Source of the DNA: Acidimicrobiia bacterium
GTDB lineage: Bacteria; Actinomycetota; Acidimicrobiia; Spongiisociales; CAZKJJ01
Reading direction: 5' to 3'
Length of the DNA stretch: 32,603 nucleotides
Assembly: GCA_046759765.1 (NCBI GenBank)
Contig: JBHICV010000010.1
Span: forward strand, 1-32,603
Shown: one piece after another, positions 17,182 to 28,430 of the stretch
Layout: each line of letters starts with the position of its first letter
Numbering within the stretch: position 1 is the stretch's first letter
Translations under genes and position numbers: made by a program
The notes under the pieces: model-generated
Database searches by the model: none
What the model was told of the DNA's origin: nothing
What the model saw: only the letters and a program-made list of their open reading frames with translations

Positions 17182-19052
17182 CCGACGATGCCGTCCCGGC
17201 GCGGGAGGTGGTCGAGGCGCTAGGAACGGCCTGGGGGATCTTCGGGCTGTATCCCAATGCCGAAGAGCAGGATGCTTTCGCGCGATCGCTCGACGCGGTC
17301 CGGGCCGCGATAGACGAATCGCTTCAGCTAGGCGTCGGTCCGGGACACTTCACTCTCGAGGACGAGGCCGTCGAGACCGAGCGGGAGGGAACCGAGCGGC
17401 TCGCCCGTCAGTGCTACTTGCACCAGATCGAGACCATCCGCATCTCTCCGGGCCTGCGTTCGAGTGACCTGATGGCGTTCTTTCGCGTGCTCAATCTCGA
17501 GGAAGAGCGGGTGCGTGCGATAGGTGGAGTCGACACTGTCCTAAAGCGGGACGGGGTCTCGACGCTGTCCACCTTTCAGAAACCGCTGCTCAGGGAAGTC
17601 CCACCACCCATCGATCGGTCGTCTGACGTGCAGGGCGTCATCGACGAAACGGACGCAGCGTCGTTTGCCCAACAGATTGTGGTGAAAGCCGAAGAGGGCT
17701 CCCTGGCCGACGTCTTCATCGGTAAATACTTGGACGTCTTGGGCCAAGTAGCCGAAGACGACATCTCAGGGCGCGAAGAGGTAGTCCGCACCTTCGTCGA
17801 AGCCTTCTTTCACCTCGATGACCCACAGCAGGTGGAGGTCTTTCGCGAGCTGCTCGGCCAACGCGAGAACGCCTCGATTGGGATGTTCATCGACCAATTT
17901 GCCGGCCATGAGCTCGCTCGCATGGCTCCCCGGCTTGATCCGTCGGCGTTGGGGATGCTCATGGAATACGCCAGAGTCTCGACCGATCAAGCGGACCGGC
18001 GCCCGGACGAGTTGCTGGCATTGCTGGAGACGCCGGAGGCTTTGGATTCGGCCCGCGTGACAGTGACCGCTCGGATTCAGGAGCGTATGGGCGACGTAGC
18101 CGAGGCGGTAGAGGCGGTTGGCACCTCGTTCGACTCCATCCGGGATCAAATGCCGGAGACACGGCGGCTGTTCTTCGATGCGCTAGAGACGTTCCGGGCC
18201 ATGCTTCACGTCGAGCATCGCGAGGCCCGGTTCCAGCGACTCGTTCGGATTTGGACGGGCAAGATCGGATCGGCCGTTCGCAGGGGCCAGTATCGACAAG
18301 CGGAGCTGTGGCTCCACGCCGGGCTCGACAACCCGACCTACCCTTCCGCCCAGGAATCGGAGGTGGAAATGGCCGTCACGACCCTCGCCGCCTCAGACAT
18401 CACGCGCCGGCTGGTGGAGGCTGCGGTGGAGGGCGACCCGGACCGGCCCTTCCGACTGTTGCAGGCGCTCGGTCCGGAGGCGGTGAATGTGCTTATCGAC
18501 ATGCTCGCCGACGAAGAGGACGCCAATCGCAGGCGAGCAATGCTCGAAGGACTGGAGCAGTCTGCCAACCGGGATCCCAGCCCGATCGTTGCCCGCCTGG
18601 ATGATGCACCCTGGTACCTGGCCCGTAACCTCGCCATGCCTCTGGGTCGCTCCGGGCATCCCGAGGTGGCGGAGGCCCTGGCCGGGCTACTGCAGCACGA
18701 GGACCATCGTGTGCGTCTCGAGGCCGTCCGTTCCCTCGTGACGCTCCTGGGGGACGATGCGGTGCCCTATCTCGCACAGGCTGAGGAGGACGACTACAGC
18801 GTCGTCCGTCAGGCCGCCGTGGGCCTTCTCGCCGGACGTGACACACCGGAGGCTCGTGCTGCTCTACTAGCGGCACTCGAGAGTCCCACGCTGGAAACAG
18901 ACGAGAAGAAACGGATCATCGAGTTGCTGGCGCGGGATCTCACTCCAGAAGTAACGCAGACCCTCGAGCAATTGGCCGGCCAGCGTTTGGCGCTGTCAGG
19001 ATCGACTCGGAGTCTTCGCGCGGCCGCGCAGAAAGCACTGCGTCGGCAATGA
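17178..19052 (+). CDS. HEAT-repeat domain protein
   Basis: C-terminal HEAT/PBS-like repeats (LDDAPWYLARNLA, HEDHRVRLEAVRSL, DDYSVVRQAAVGLL). ATGA overlaps at both ends. Confidence 0.82.
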   Translation: MTDDAVPAREVVEALGTAWGIFGLYPNAEEQDAFARSLDAVRAAIDESLQLGVGPGHFTLEDEAVETEREGTERLARQCYLHQIETIRISPGLRSSDLMAFFRVLNLEEERVRAIGGVDTVLKRDGVSTLSTFQKPLLREVPPPIDRSSDVQGVIDETDAASFAQQIVVKAEEGSLADVFIGKYLDVLGQVAEDDISGREEVVRTFVEAFFHLDDPQQVEVFRELLGQRENASIGMFIDQFAGHELARMAPRLDPSALGMLMEYARVSTDQADRRPDELLALLETPEALDSARVTVTARIQERMGDVAEAVEAVGTSFDSIRDQMPETRRLFFDALETFRAMLHVEHREARFQRLVRIWTGKIGSAVRRGQYRQAELWLHAGLDNPTYPSAQESEVEMAVTTLAASDITRRLVEAAVEGDPDRPFRLLQALGPEAVNVLIDMLADEEDANRRRAMLEGLEQSANRDPSPIVARLDDAPWYLARNLAMPLGRSGHPEVAEALAGLLQHEDHRVRLEAVRSLVTLLGDDAVPYLAQAEEDDYSVVRQAAVGLLAGRDTPEARAALLAALESPTLETDEKKRIIELLARDLTPEVTQTLEQLAGQRLALSGSTRSLRAAAQKALRRQ

Positions 19053-20392
19053 GCGAGCGAGCCGCCGCCCCGATTCTGCAAGCGCTGCGCTCCGTGGTCC
19101 GCCAGTACCTCCTCTACCCTCCCGAACACCCCGCACTCGTTCAGCTCATCGAAGACACCAAGGCCACCGCCGACGAGTTGGCAAAGACAACCCCGGCCGG
19201 GGAGGCGTCGATCAGCCTCGTCGGCGACTCCATCTTCCTGGGTCCTGTAGTCCTGCCGCACGCCTCGCTCGAGTTCAACGGCCTGCTCCGGCAGATGCAG
19301 GCGGTCGGCCTCGAGTCGATCACCTTCGCCAGTCCCGTATCTACGGGGGACGTGCGCGAGCTGGCCGCCTTCGTGGCCGGGGCTGGACAGGATTTCCCGG
19401 CAGAAGGCACGATCCGGCTCAACGAGCAGCCATTCAGCGTCGAGGAGGAGGAGATCAGCGGTGGCTTTGGTGGACTCCGACGGTCGTACACCCGATCACT
19501 CGACGTGCTGCGGGGAATCGCGCTCGCCAGCGGAGAGGCCGAGGACTTCGACCTGAGCGGCGCGGCGTGGGCAGTGGAGCAGCTGATGGAGCAGAGCCTG
19601 GAGCATCCCGCCGCCTCACTTCTTCTCAGCACTGTTCGAAGCCACGACGAGTACACCTTCTACCACTCCGTGAACGTGGCCATCCTCTCGCTCGCGCTGG
19701 GACGCCTCTCGGACGTGCCCGAGGACCAGCTCCCTATTCTCGGCGTCGCCGCGATGCTGCACGACATCGGCAAAGTCGGCGTCTCACCCTCCGTCCTGCA
19801 GCACCCCGGCCGCCTATCGGGCGAGCAATGGGGAGAGATAAAGCTGCACCCTCAGGAGGGGGCGCAGACGATCCTGGCGGCTGCGGGAGAGTTCCAAGAG
19901 GTGGCAGCTGTCGTCGCGCTCGAGCATCACGCCCGCTTCGACGGATCAGGCTATCCCCAGGTGCCTTACCGGGATGCGCTCCACTTCTACTCGAGGTTGG
20001 TAGCAACCACCGATACCTACGATGCGATCACGACAAGGCGGTCCTACCGGCGTGCTGAGACCCCTCACCGTGCTCTACGGGTGTTGCTCAAAGGATCAGG
20101 AAAGATGTACGACCCCGACTTCACGCGCGCCTTCATAAAGATGCTCGGCGTGTATCCACCCGGCTCATTGCTACTCATGGAAAACGGCGAGGTGACGATG
20201 GTGACGCAGGTAGCCGAGGTCGATGAGTTGCCGCAGGCGATTCTCGTCCGCACCGCCGCCGGCGAGCTGCTGGACGAGCCTGAGCCGATCTCGTTGGCCG
20301 ATCGCACTGTGGTCGACCAGCTCACGCCGGAGGACACAGGTGTGGACCCAGCGGCGCTACTCGAGCAGGCCAACCTCCCGGGCGGCGACTGA
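19049..20392 (+). CDS. HD-GYP domain protein, probable cyclic-dinucleotide phosphodiesterase
   Basis: HDEYTFYHSVNV, MLHDIGK, HPQEG, EHHARFDGSGYP, DTYDAITTRRSYR, LGVYPPG motifs. Confidence 0.92.
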   Translation: MSERAAAPILQALRSVVRQYLLYPPEHPALVQLIEDTKATADELAKTTPAGEASISLVGDSIFLGPVVLPHASLEFNGLLRQMQAVGLESITFASPVSTGDVRELAAFVAGAGQDFPAEGTIRLNEQPFSVEEEEISGGFGGLRRSYTRSLDVLRGIALASGEAEDFDLSGAAWAVEQLMEQSLEHPAASLLLSTVRSHDEYTFYHSVNVAILSLALGRLSDVPEDQLPILGVAAMLHDIGKVGVSPSVLQHPGRLSGEQWGEIKLHPQEGAQTILAAAGEFQEVAAVVALEHHARFDGSGYPQVPYRDALHFYSRLVATTDTYDAITTRRSYRRAETPHRALRVLLKGSGKMYDPDFTRAFIKMLGVYPPGSLLLMENGEVTMVTQVAEVDELPQAILVRTAAGELLDEPEPISLADRTVVDQLTPEDTGVDPAALLEQANLPGGD

Positions 20393-20437
20393 CAAGCCCC
20401 TTTTACAACTGAGAGCTCTCCCTATCATGAACGAACC

Positions 20438-23056
<2,619 letters not shown>

Positions 23057-23069
23057 CGGCGCCTGCGCA

Positions 23070-23098
23070 GTTTTCAGCATTCAGCGTTCAGGCGTCAG
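23070..23098 (+). repeat. Degenerate heptamer tandem tract (GnnnTCA x4)
   Basis: GTTTTCA-GCATTCA-GCGTTCA-GGCGTCA-G just after the secA stop. Confidence 0.5.
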
Positions 23099-23134
23099 TT
23101 CCGGGTAGCTATTCACCGCTACGCTGTGGGCATA

Positions 23135-24239
23135 ATGGACGATCCCCGTGGTGCTTTGGCGGGCCTGCGCGTCCGTCTTGATGACGCTCGGAGGTTCCTT
23201 TGACGTCGAGGAGAAGGTCTCCGAGCTCGATCTCCTGAGGGAGCGTGCCGCCGCGCCCGACTTGTGGCAAGACCCCACCGAGGCTCGCGAGCTGACGACG
23301 AAGCTTGCTCGGTACGAACGGGTCATCGACATGGTTGACCGTCTCTCGAGCTCAATCTCCGACGCCGAGGTTCTCTGGGATCTGGCCACAGAGGAGCAGG
23401 ACGCCGACGCAAGGGCGGAGGCCACACGCGAGATCAGCTCGATCGATGAGCAGCTGAAGGCCCTTGAGTCCGAGACCCTGTACAGCGGTCCGTACGATGC
23501 ATCCAAGGCGATCGTTTCGGTCCATGCCGGAGAGGGCGGTGTTGATGCTCAGGACTGGGCCGAGATGATGCTCAGGATGTATCTGCGCTTCCTCGAACGG
23601 CGCGGCCTGGATGTTGAGCTCGACGAGGTCCAGCCCGGGCAGGAAGCAGGCATAAAGTCCGCCACGTTCACTGTCGACGGGGAGATGCCGTACGCGGTCA
23701 TGGAGGGCGAGCGTGGCGTGCACCGGCTGGTGCGGATAAGCCCGTTCGATGCCAACGCCCGACGCCACACCTCGTTCGCGGCGGTCGACGTTATTCCCGA
23801 GGTCGTCGATCCGGATATCGAGATCGACGAGGACGACCTCAGAGTCGACACCTACCGCTCGCAAGGGGCCGGGGGCCAGCACGTCAACAAGACCGATTCG
23901 GCCGTCAGGTTGACCCATCTTCCGACCGGGATCGTCGTGGCCTGCCAGAACGAGAGGTCACAGATACAGAACAAGGCCAGAGCGATGGAGATCCTGAGGG
24001 CGCGCCTTACGGAAAGGGCGCGGCTGGAGCGTCTAGAGAAGATCAACGAGATACGGGGCGAGCAGACGGAGGCCGGTTGGGGCCGTCAGATTCGGTCGTA
24101 CGTTCTGCAGCCGTACCAGCTGGCCAAGGATCTCCGGACGGACATGGAGATCGGGGACGTCCAGCGTGTGCTCGACGGCGAGCTTGACGAGTTCACCGAT
24201 GCATACCTCGATTGGCGGCGGGAGCGAGTCGATGACTAA
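23135..24239 (+). CDS. prfB: Peptide chain release factor 2, translated via a programmed +1 frameshift at 23198-23204
   Basis: A 22-codon first ORF (MDDPRGALAGLRVRLDDARRFL) ends in GGAGG-TTC-CTT-TGA-C. The +1 frame continues DVEEKV... with SPF (RISPFD) and GGQ motifs, giving 367 aa. Confidence 0.96.
23190..23204 (+). promoter_or_regulatory. prfB frameshift cassette (internal SD + CTT TGA C)
   Basis: GGAGGTTCCTTTGAC matches the canonical SD-like / 3-nt spacer / CTT-TGA-C arrangement. Confidence 0.93.
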
Positions 24240-24319
24240 GGGTTGCTCGGAGGCGCTATTAACCTGCCGCCCTCTCAGGGCAAGGAACGCGGCGTGAGAG
24301 CGCCACGTCAAGGTATCCC

Positions 24320-25009
24320 ATGATTCGGCTGGAAGGCGTCAGCAAGGTCTACGACGGTGGCATCGTCGCGATCCGCGACATGACGGTCGACGTGCCCAAA
24401 GGCGAGTTCGTGTTCCTGGTGGGCCCGTCCGGATCCGGCAAGTCGACCGTGATCCGTCTTCTGCTCCGGGAAGAGGAGGTCACCCGCGGGAGAATCTGGG
24501 TAGCCGGCAAGGACATCATCGAGATGCGCTCCTGGAGGGTGCCCTTTCACCGGCGGTCGGTGGGCACGGTTTTTCAGGATTTCAAGTTGCTTCCGCAGAA
24601 AACGGTCGCCGAGAACGTAGCCTTCGCCTTGGAGGTGACCTCCCGGCCCCGTTCCGTGATTTCTCGTCAGGTAGGACAGGTTCTCGATCTGGTCGGACTC
24701 GCTGGCAAGGCGGACCGCTATCCCCGCCAGCTGTCCGGTGGCGAGCAACAGCGCGTTTCAATCGCGCGCGCCTTCGTGAACCGTCCCCCCATCCTTCTCG
24801 CCGATGAGCCGACCGGGAACCTCGATCCCGCCACCTCAGTAGGAATCATGCGAATCCTGGATCGAATCAATCGAACGGGAACAACCGTGATGATGGCGAC
24901 CCATGACTTTGCCATCGTCGACGCGATGCGGAGAAGGGTCGTCCAGCTCGAGGCCGGAAAGGTCGTCAGAGACCAGCGACAAGCCCGATACGAGGGCGTC
25001 AGGGACTGA
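24320..25009 (+). CDS. ftsE: Cell division ATP-binding protein FtsE
   Basis: [37 protein letters not shown]; upstream of ftsX. Confidence 0.96.
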   Translation: MIRLEGVSKVYDGGIVAIRDMTVDVPKGEFVFLVGPSGSGKSTVIRLLLREEEVTRGRIWVAGKDIIEMRSWRVPFHRRSVGTVFQDFKLLPQKTVAENVAFALEVTSRPRSVISRQVGQVLDLVGLAGKADRYPRQLSGGEQQRVSIARAFVNRPPILLADEPTGNLDPATSVGIMRILDRINRTGTTVMMATHDFAIVDAMRRRVVQLEAGKVVRDQRQARYEGVRD

Positions 25010-25010
25010 C

Positions 25011-25886
25011 ATGGCCAAGACCGAGTATCTCGTTGGGGAGGCATTCACCAATCTCCGACGCAATGCCCTGGTCGTGACCGGGGCCGTGCTGGCGGTGTTC
25101 GTATCCCTTGCCCTGGCGTTCGGAGCGAGGGTCGTTCAGAGAGTCGTTGAGATCAACACTCTTCAGTGGCAGGAGGGCACCCACATCATCGTGTTCCTCC
25201 AGCCGGACGGGACGCAGGAGTCTCAGCTGACCCTACTGGGGACGGTACAGGACTGGCAGGAGGTGGAGGAGGCGTGGTACGTCTCCAAGCTGGAGGCTTA
25301 CGACGAGTTCAAGGAGATGTTCGCCGGTCAGCCTGCGCTGATAGAAGAAGTCGACGCCTCCATCCTGCCGCCTTCGATCAGGATCAAGCTGACTGATCTC
25401 GACCAACACACCCTGGTCCGGGATCAGCTCGTAGGGAATCCGGCCGTGAAGGAGATCGTGACCGCCGGCGACACCATCGAGCAGATCTCGTCGACCAGCC
25501 GAGTCCTGAACACCTTGTTCCTGGGCCTCTCGATCATTCTTGGGATCTCGTCGGTCATCCTGATTGCCAACACCATTCGGATGGCTATCTATGCGCGGCG
25601 GGAGGAGATCGAGATCATGAAGCTGGTAGGGGCCAGCAACTGGTTCATACGGTTGCCTTACCTGTTGGAAGGCTTGATCGAGGGCCTAGTGGGAGCCCTC
25701 TTAGCGGTAATCGCGGTCTGGTTCGCGCACTCTGCGCTTCGTCCTCTATCGGAGAGCATCAACCTGGTCAATCTTTCCGTCGACACTCAATTCCTCGTTA
25801 GGTGGGGGGTGATCATCCTGGCGTTCGGGGCTGCTGCGGGCGTGCTAGGCAGCGGTCTCGGCATACGCCGGTTCCTGCGGGTCTGA
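25011..25886 (+). CDS. ftsX: Cell division permease-like protein FtsX
   Basis: [11 protein letters not shown]1, external loop, [33 protein letters not shown] motif. ATG 25011. Confidence 0.95.
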   Translation: MAKTEYLVGEAFTNLRRNALVVTGAVLAVFVSLALAFGARVVQRVVEINTLQWQEGTHIIVFLQPDGTQESQLTLLGTVQDWQEVEEAWYVSKLEAYDEFKEMFAGQPALIEEVDASILPPSIRIKLTDLDQHTLVRDQLVGNPAVKEIVTAGDTIEQISSTSRVLNTLFLGLSIILGISSVILIANTIRMAIYARREEIEIMKLVGASNWFIRLPYLLEGLIEGLVGALLAVIAVWFAHSALRPLSESINLVNLSVDTQFLVRWGVIILAFGAAAGVLGSGLGIRRFLRV

Positions 25887-25887
25887 C

Positions 25888-27069
25888 GTGCGTCGAGGGC
25901 TCGCGCCTATTGCTGTCTGCCTAGCCGCGCTCGGTTTGTTGCCCGTTGCGTCCGCCGAGGATGAGAAGTCCGAAGTGGAGGCCAAGATCTCCGAGCTTGC
26001 TTCGCTGATTCGAAGCCAGGAAGGCCGAAAGAGCGACATCCAGGCCGAGATCACGGCGGCCGAGGAGCGCATGAGGGAGATCAGAGTCCGGCTTGCGGAA
26101 GCAGAAGCGGCGCGGCAAGCAATCGAGGACGACATCACAGCCACCCAAGCCGTCTCGGAGCGTCTGCAGAGCACGATCAACGTCCTGGAGTGGCATCTAA
26201 CCGAGACGCGCATCGAGCTGCGCACGACCCGTATCGACCTGAGAGACCTGGCGGTCCAGCTGTATGTCCGCGGCTCTGCGGAGATGCAGGGGCTTGTTTT
26301 CGGGCTCGAGGAAGTCACCGAGGTGGCCGTCGGACTCTCCTATGCCCGGGAAGCCGTTGCCGACACGCAGATGGTGGTTCGCGCTCTGGAAGCACTGAAG
26401 CAACAAGAGCAGGACCAGCAGGCCGAGTTGCTTACCGCTCGGCAAAAGGCGGAGCAGCAGCTGGCGATCCTGGAGGAGCAGCAGGCGAAAGCTGCTGCCG
26501 AAGAGGTGCAGGTGCGCGCTCTCCAGTCCGAGGTCGAGAGCGAGTTGTCTGCTCAGCGCGACCTACTTGATCGGGTCGAGGCGGAGATTGCGTCTTATGA
26601 GAGTGAAAAGGAGCACGCCGAGGAGGAGCTCGAGCAGCTGGAGCGCGAGATTCGATCTAGATCTTCCGACGGAGGTTCTTCGGGAGGCCGGCTGCACTGG
26701 CCCGTGAACGCCCCCGTCTCGTCGCTCTTCGGTCCGCGGGTCCACCCGGTCCTTGGGTCGGTGCGAATGCACGAGGGTGTCGACTTTCGAGTGGGTCATG
26801 GCACCCCCATTCGTGCCGCCGCCTCAGGGCGGGTGATCCTGGCGGGGGCGTATGGGTCCTATGGCAACACCACCGTCATCGACCATGGTGGCGGCCTCAC
26901 CACTCTCTACGCTCATCAGAGTTCGTTGTCGGTGTCCATCGGGCAGGCGGTCGAGGCGGGCCAGGTGATCGGCTATGTCGGGAGCACGGGCCTCTCGACC
27001 GGCGCCCATCTCCACTTCGAGACTCGTGAGAATGGGGTTCCGGCCGATCCAATGAGATATTTCGGATGA
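25888..27069 (+). CDS. Coiled-coil M23 peptidoglycan endopeptidase (EnvC-like architecture)
   Basis: Signal peptide, long coiled coil and an M23 domain with HEGVD (HxxxD), YAHQS and HLHFE (HxH). Confidence 0.9.
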   Translation: MRRGLAPIAVCLAALGLLPVASAEDEKSEVEAKISELASLIRSQEGRKSDIQAEITAAEERMREIRVRLAEAEAARQAIEDDITATQAVSERLQSTINVLEWHLTETRIELRTTRIDLRDLAVQLYVRGSAEMQGLVFGLEEVTEVAVGLSYAREAVADTQMVVRALEALKQQEQDQQAELLTARQKAEQQLAILEEQQAKAAAEEVQVRALQSEVESELSAQRDLLDRVEAEIASYESEKEHAEEELEQLEREIRSRSSDGGSSGGRLHWPVNAPVSSLFGPRVHPVLGSVRMHEGVDFRVGHGTPIRAAASGRVILAGAYGSYGNTTVIDHGGGLTTLYAHQSSLSVSIGQAVEAGQVIGYVGSTGLSTGAHLHFETRENGVPADPMRYFG

Positions 27070-27521
27070 AGACCGTCGTCACCAATCGGTCGGCGCGACG
27101 CGACTACGACATCTCCGAGACCTACGAAGCCGGCCTCGTTCTGACGGGCTCGGAGGTGAAAAGCTTGCGGGCCGGGCAAGCCGACTTGAAGGACTCCTAC
27201 GGCGTGATCCGCGGCGGCGAAGCATGGCTGGTCGGCTTCTATATCGCCCCCTACGCCCAGGCGCGGGAGGGCGGCCACGAACCGGAACGAGTCCGAAAGC
27301 TGCTGCTGCACAGGCGGGAGATCGAACGAATCGGGAGTATGCTCTCGGAGCGAGGGCTGACTCTCATACCGGCGAAGGTGTTCTTCAGAGACGGAATAGC
27401 AAAAGTCGAGCTGCTGCTCGGTCGCGGAAAACCCCGTTACGACAAGCGCCGCGCGATGCAGGAGGACGAGCAGCGGAGGGAGATGGAGCGAGCTCTACGC
27501 CATCGTGGCCGGAGAACCTAG
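27066..27521 (+). CDS. smpB: SsrA-binding protein
   Basis: NRSARRDY, YEAGLVLTGSEVKSLR, RKLLLHRREI, GRGK..YDKR; adjacent to ssrA. Confidence 0.97.
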   Translation: MKTVVTNRSARRDYDISETYEAGLVLTGSEVKSLRAGQADLKDSYGVIRGGEAWLVGFYIAPYAQAREGGHEPERVRKLLLHRREIERIGSMLSERGLTLIPAKVFFRDGIAKVELLLGRGKPRYDKRRAMQEDEQRREMERALRHRGRRT

Positions 27522-27565
27522 AACTCATACCCGGTAGGCTGGAGCCGGCATACCATGCAAGCATT

Positions 27566-27918
27566 GGGGGTGAACTGGATTCGACGTCGGCGTTGAAGCA
27601 TCGGAAGCGAGCCGAGGTCCCCGGAGTCCTCGTTAAAGAGCCGGGAAAACCATAAGTGCCGAAGACAACTTCGCACTGGCTGCCTAATTAACGCAGCCCG
27701 TCCGTCCGAGAGGGCCGCCTGCTCCAATCGGAACCGGGCGTCGTAAAGCAGGCTGCACTCGCAGGGGTCCGGGACCGGTGAGTCAAGGCAAGTCCGGATA
27801 GGGTCTAGGGACCACGGGCCGACAGCGCCCCAAGACCCGAAGCTGTATCTGTCGGCTGTGCTCGGAGATGCCGATGTGGATCGTGCGGCGGACCGGGGTT
27901 CGACTCCCCGCACCTCCA
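27566..27918 (+). ncRNA. ssrA: tmRNA; tag reading frame (A)AEDNFALAA* at 27658-27687
   Basis: 5' GGGGGTG pairs with 3' CACCTCC(A) including G3:U; GGATTCGAC; T-arm CGGGGTTCGACTCCCCG; resume context ATAAGT-GCC. CCA is not fully encoded. TACCAT -10 at 27551. Confidence 0.97.
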
Positions 27919-27921
27919 CTG

Positions 27922-27951
27922 AGCTATCAGCTGTCAGCTATCAGCCGTCAG
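27922..27951 (+). repeat. Heptamer tandem repeat (GCYRTCA x4)
   Basis: A-GCTATCA-GCTGTCA-GCTATCA-GCCGTCA-G immediately after ssrA. Confidence 0.75.
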
Positions 27952-27984
27952 TAAGTGACGACCAGGACTTCTAAAGTCGTCCCC

Positions 27985-28428
27985 ATGGAAATCAAAGAAC
28001 TCGGACACGTGGTTCTGTACGTGCGCGACGTTGAGAGATCGCGGGAGTTCTACCGGGACCTGTTGGGTTTTCGGGAAATCTCCGCAGGCCCCGGTTATGC
28101 GGCCTATTCGACCCCGAGGACTCACCACGAGCTGCTGCTTCTCGAGGTAGGAGAAGAGGCCGCGCCGCTGCCGTCGGGTCGGCGGGTGGGCATGTATCAC
28201 TTCGGCCTGAAGATCGGAACAACAGACGATGAGCTGCGAGAGGCCTGGCAGCAGCTAGTCGACGCCGGAGTCCCGATCGTCGGGGCCACCGATCACGGTG
28301 TGACACACAGCCTGTATATCTCGGATCCGGACAGCAACGAGATCGAGCTCTACATCGACGTGCAGCCTGAGCGCTGGCGGGACGAACCCGATGCGATCAT
28401 GGCGCCGCCGCGTCCCCTTCGAATCTGA
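27985..28428 (+). CDS. VOC-family (glyoxalase/extradiol dioxygenase-like) protein
   Basis: LGHVVLYVRD...FYRDLLGF, HHELLL, GMYHFG, DHGVTHSLYISDPDSNEIELY. ATG 27985 lies 7 nt after TAAAGT. Confidence 0.9.
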   Translation: MEIKELGHVVLYVRDVERSREFYRDLLGFREISAGPGYAAYSTPRTHHELLLLEVGEEAAPLPSGRRVGMYHFGLKIGTTDDELREAWQQLVDAGVPIVGATDHGVTHSLYISDPDSNEIELYIDVQPERWRDEPDAIMAPPRPLRI

Positions 28429-28430
28429 GC

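Noticed and set aside
23148..23203. prfB as a pseudogene, or starting at the ORF-track position 23148
   Set aside because: The break matches the canonical programmed frameshift cassette exactly.
27518..27919. 133-aa minus-strand ORF (MEVRGVEPRS...)
   Set aside because: It is the antisense of tmRNA, a familiar spurious call.
27922..27951. CRISPR array
   Set aside because: Units are 7 nt with no spacers, and there are no cas genes.
27890..28430. ssrA 3' end as an integration site for a prophage or island
   Set aside because: No integrase, and I saw no duplicated ssrA 3' end in the window; downstream genes are housekeeping.
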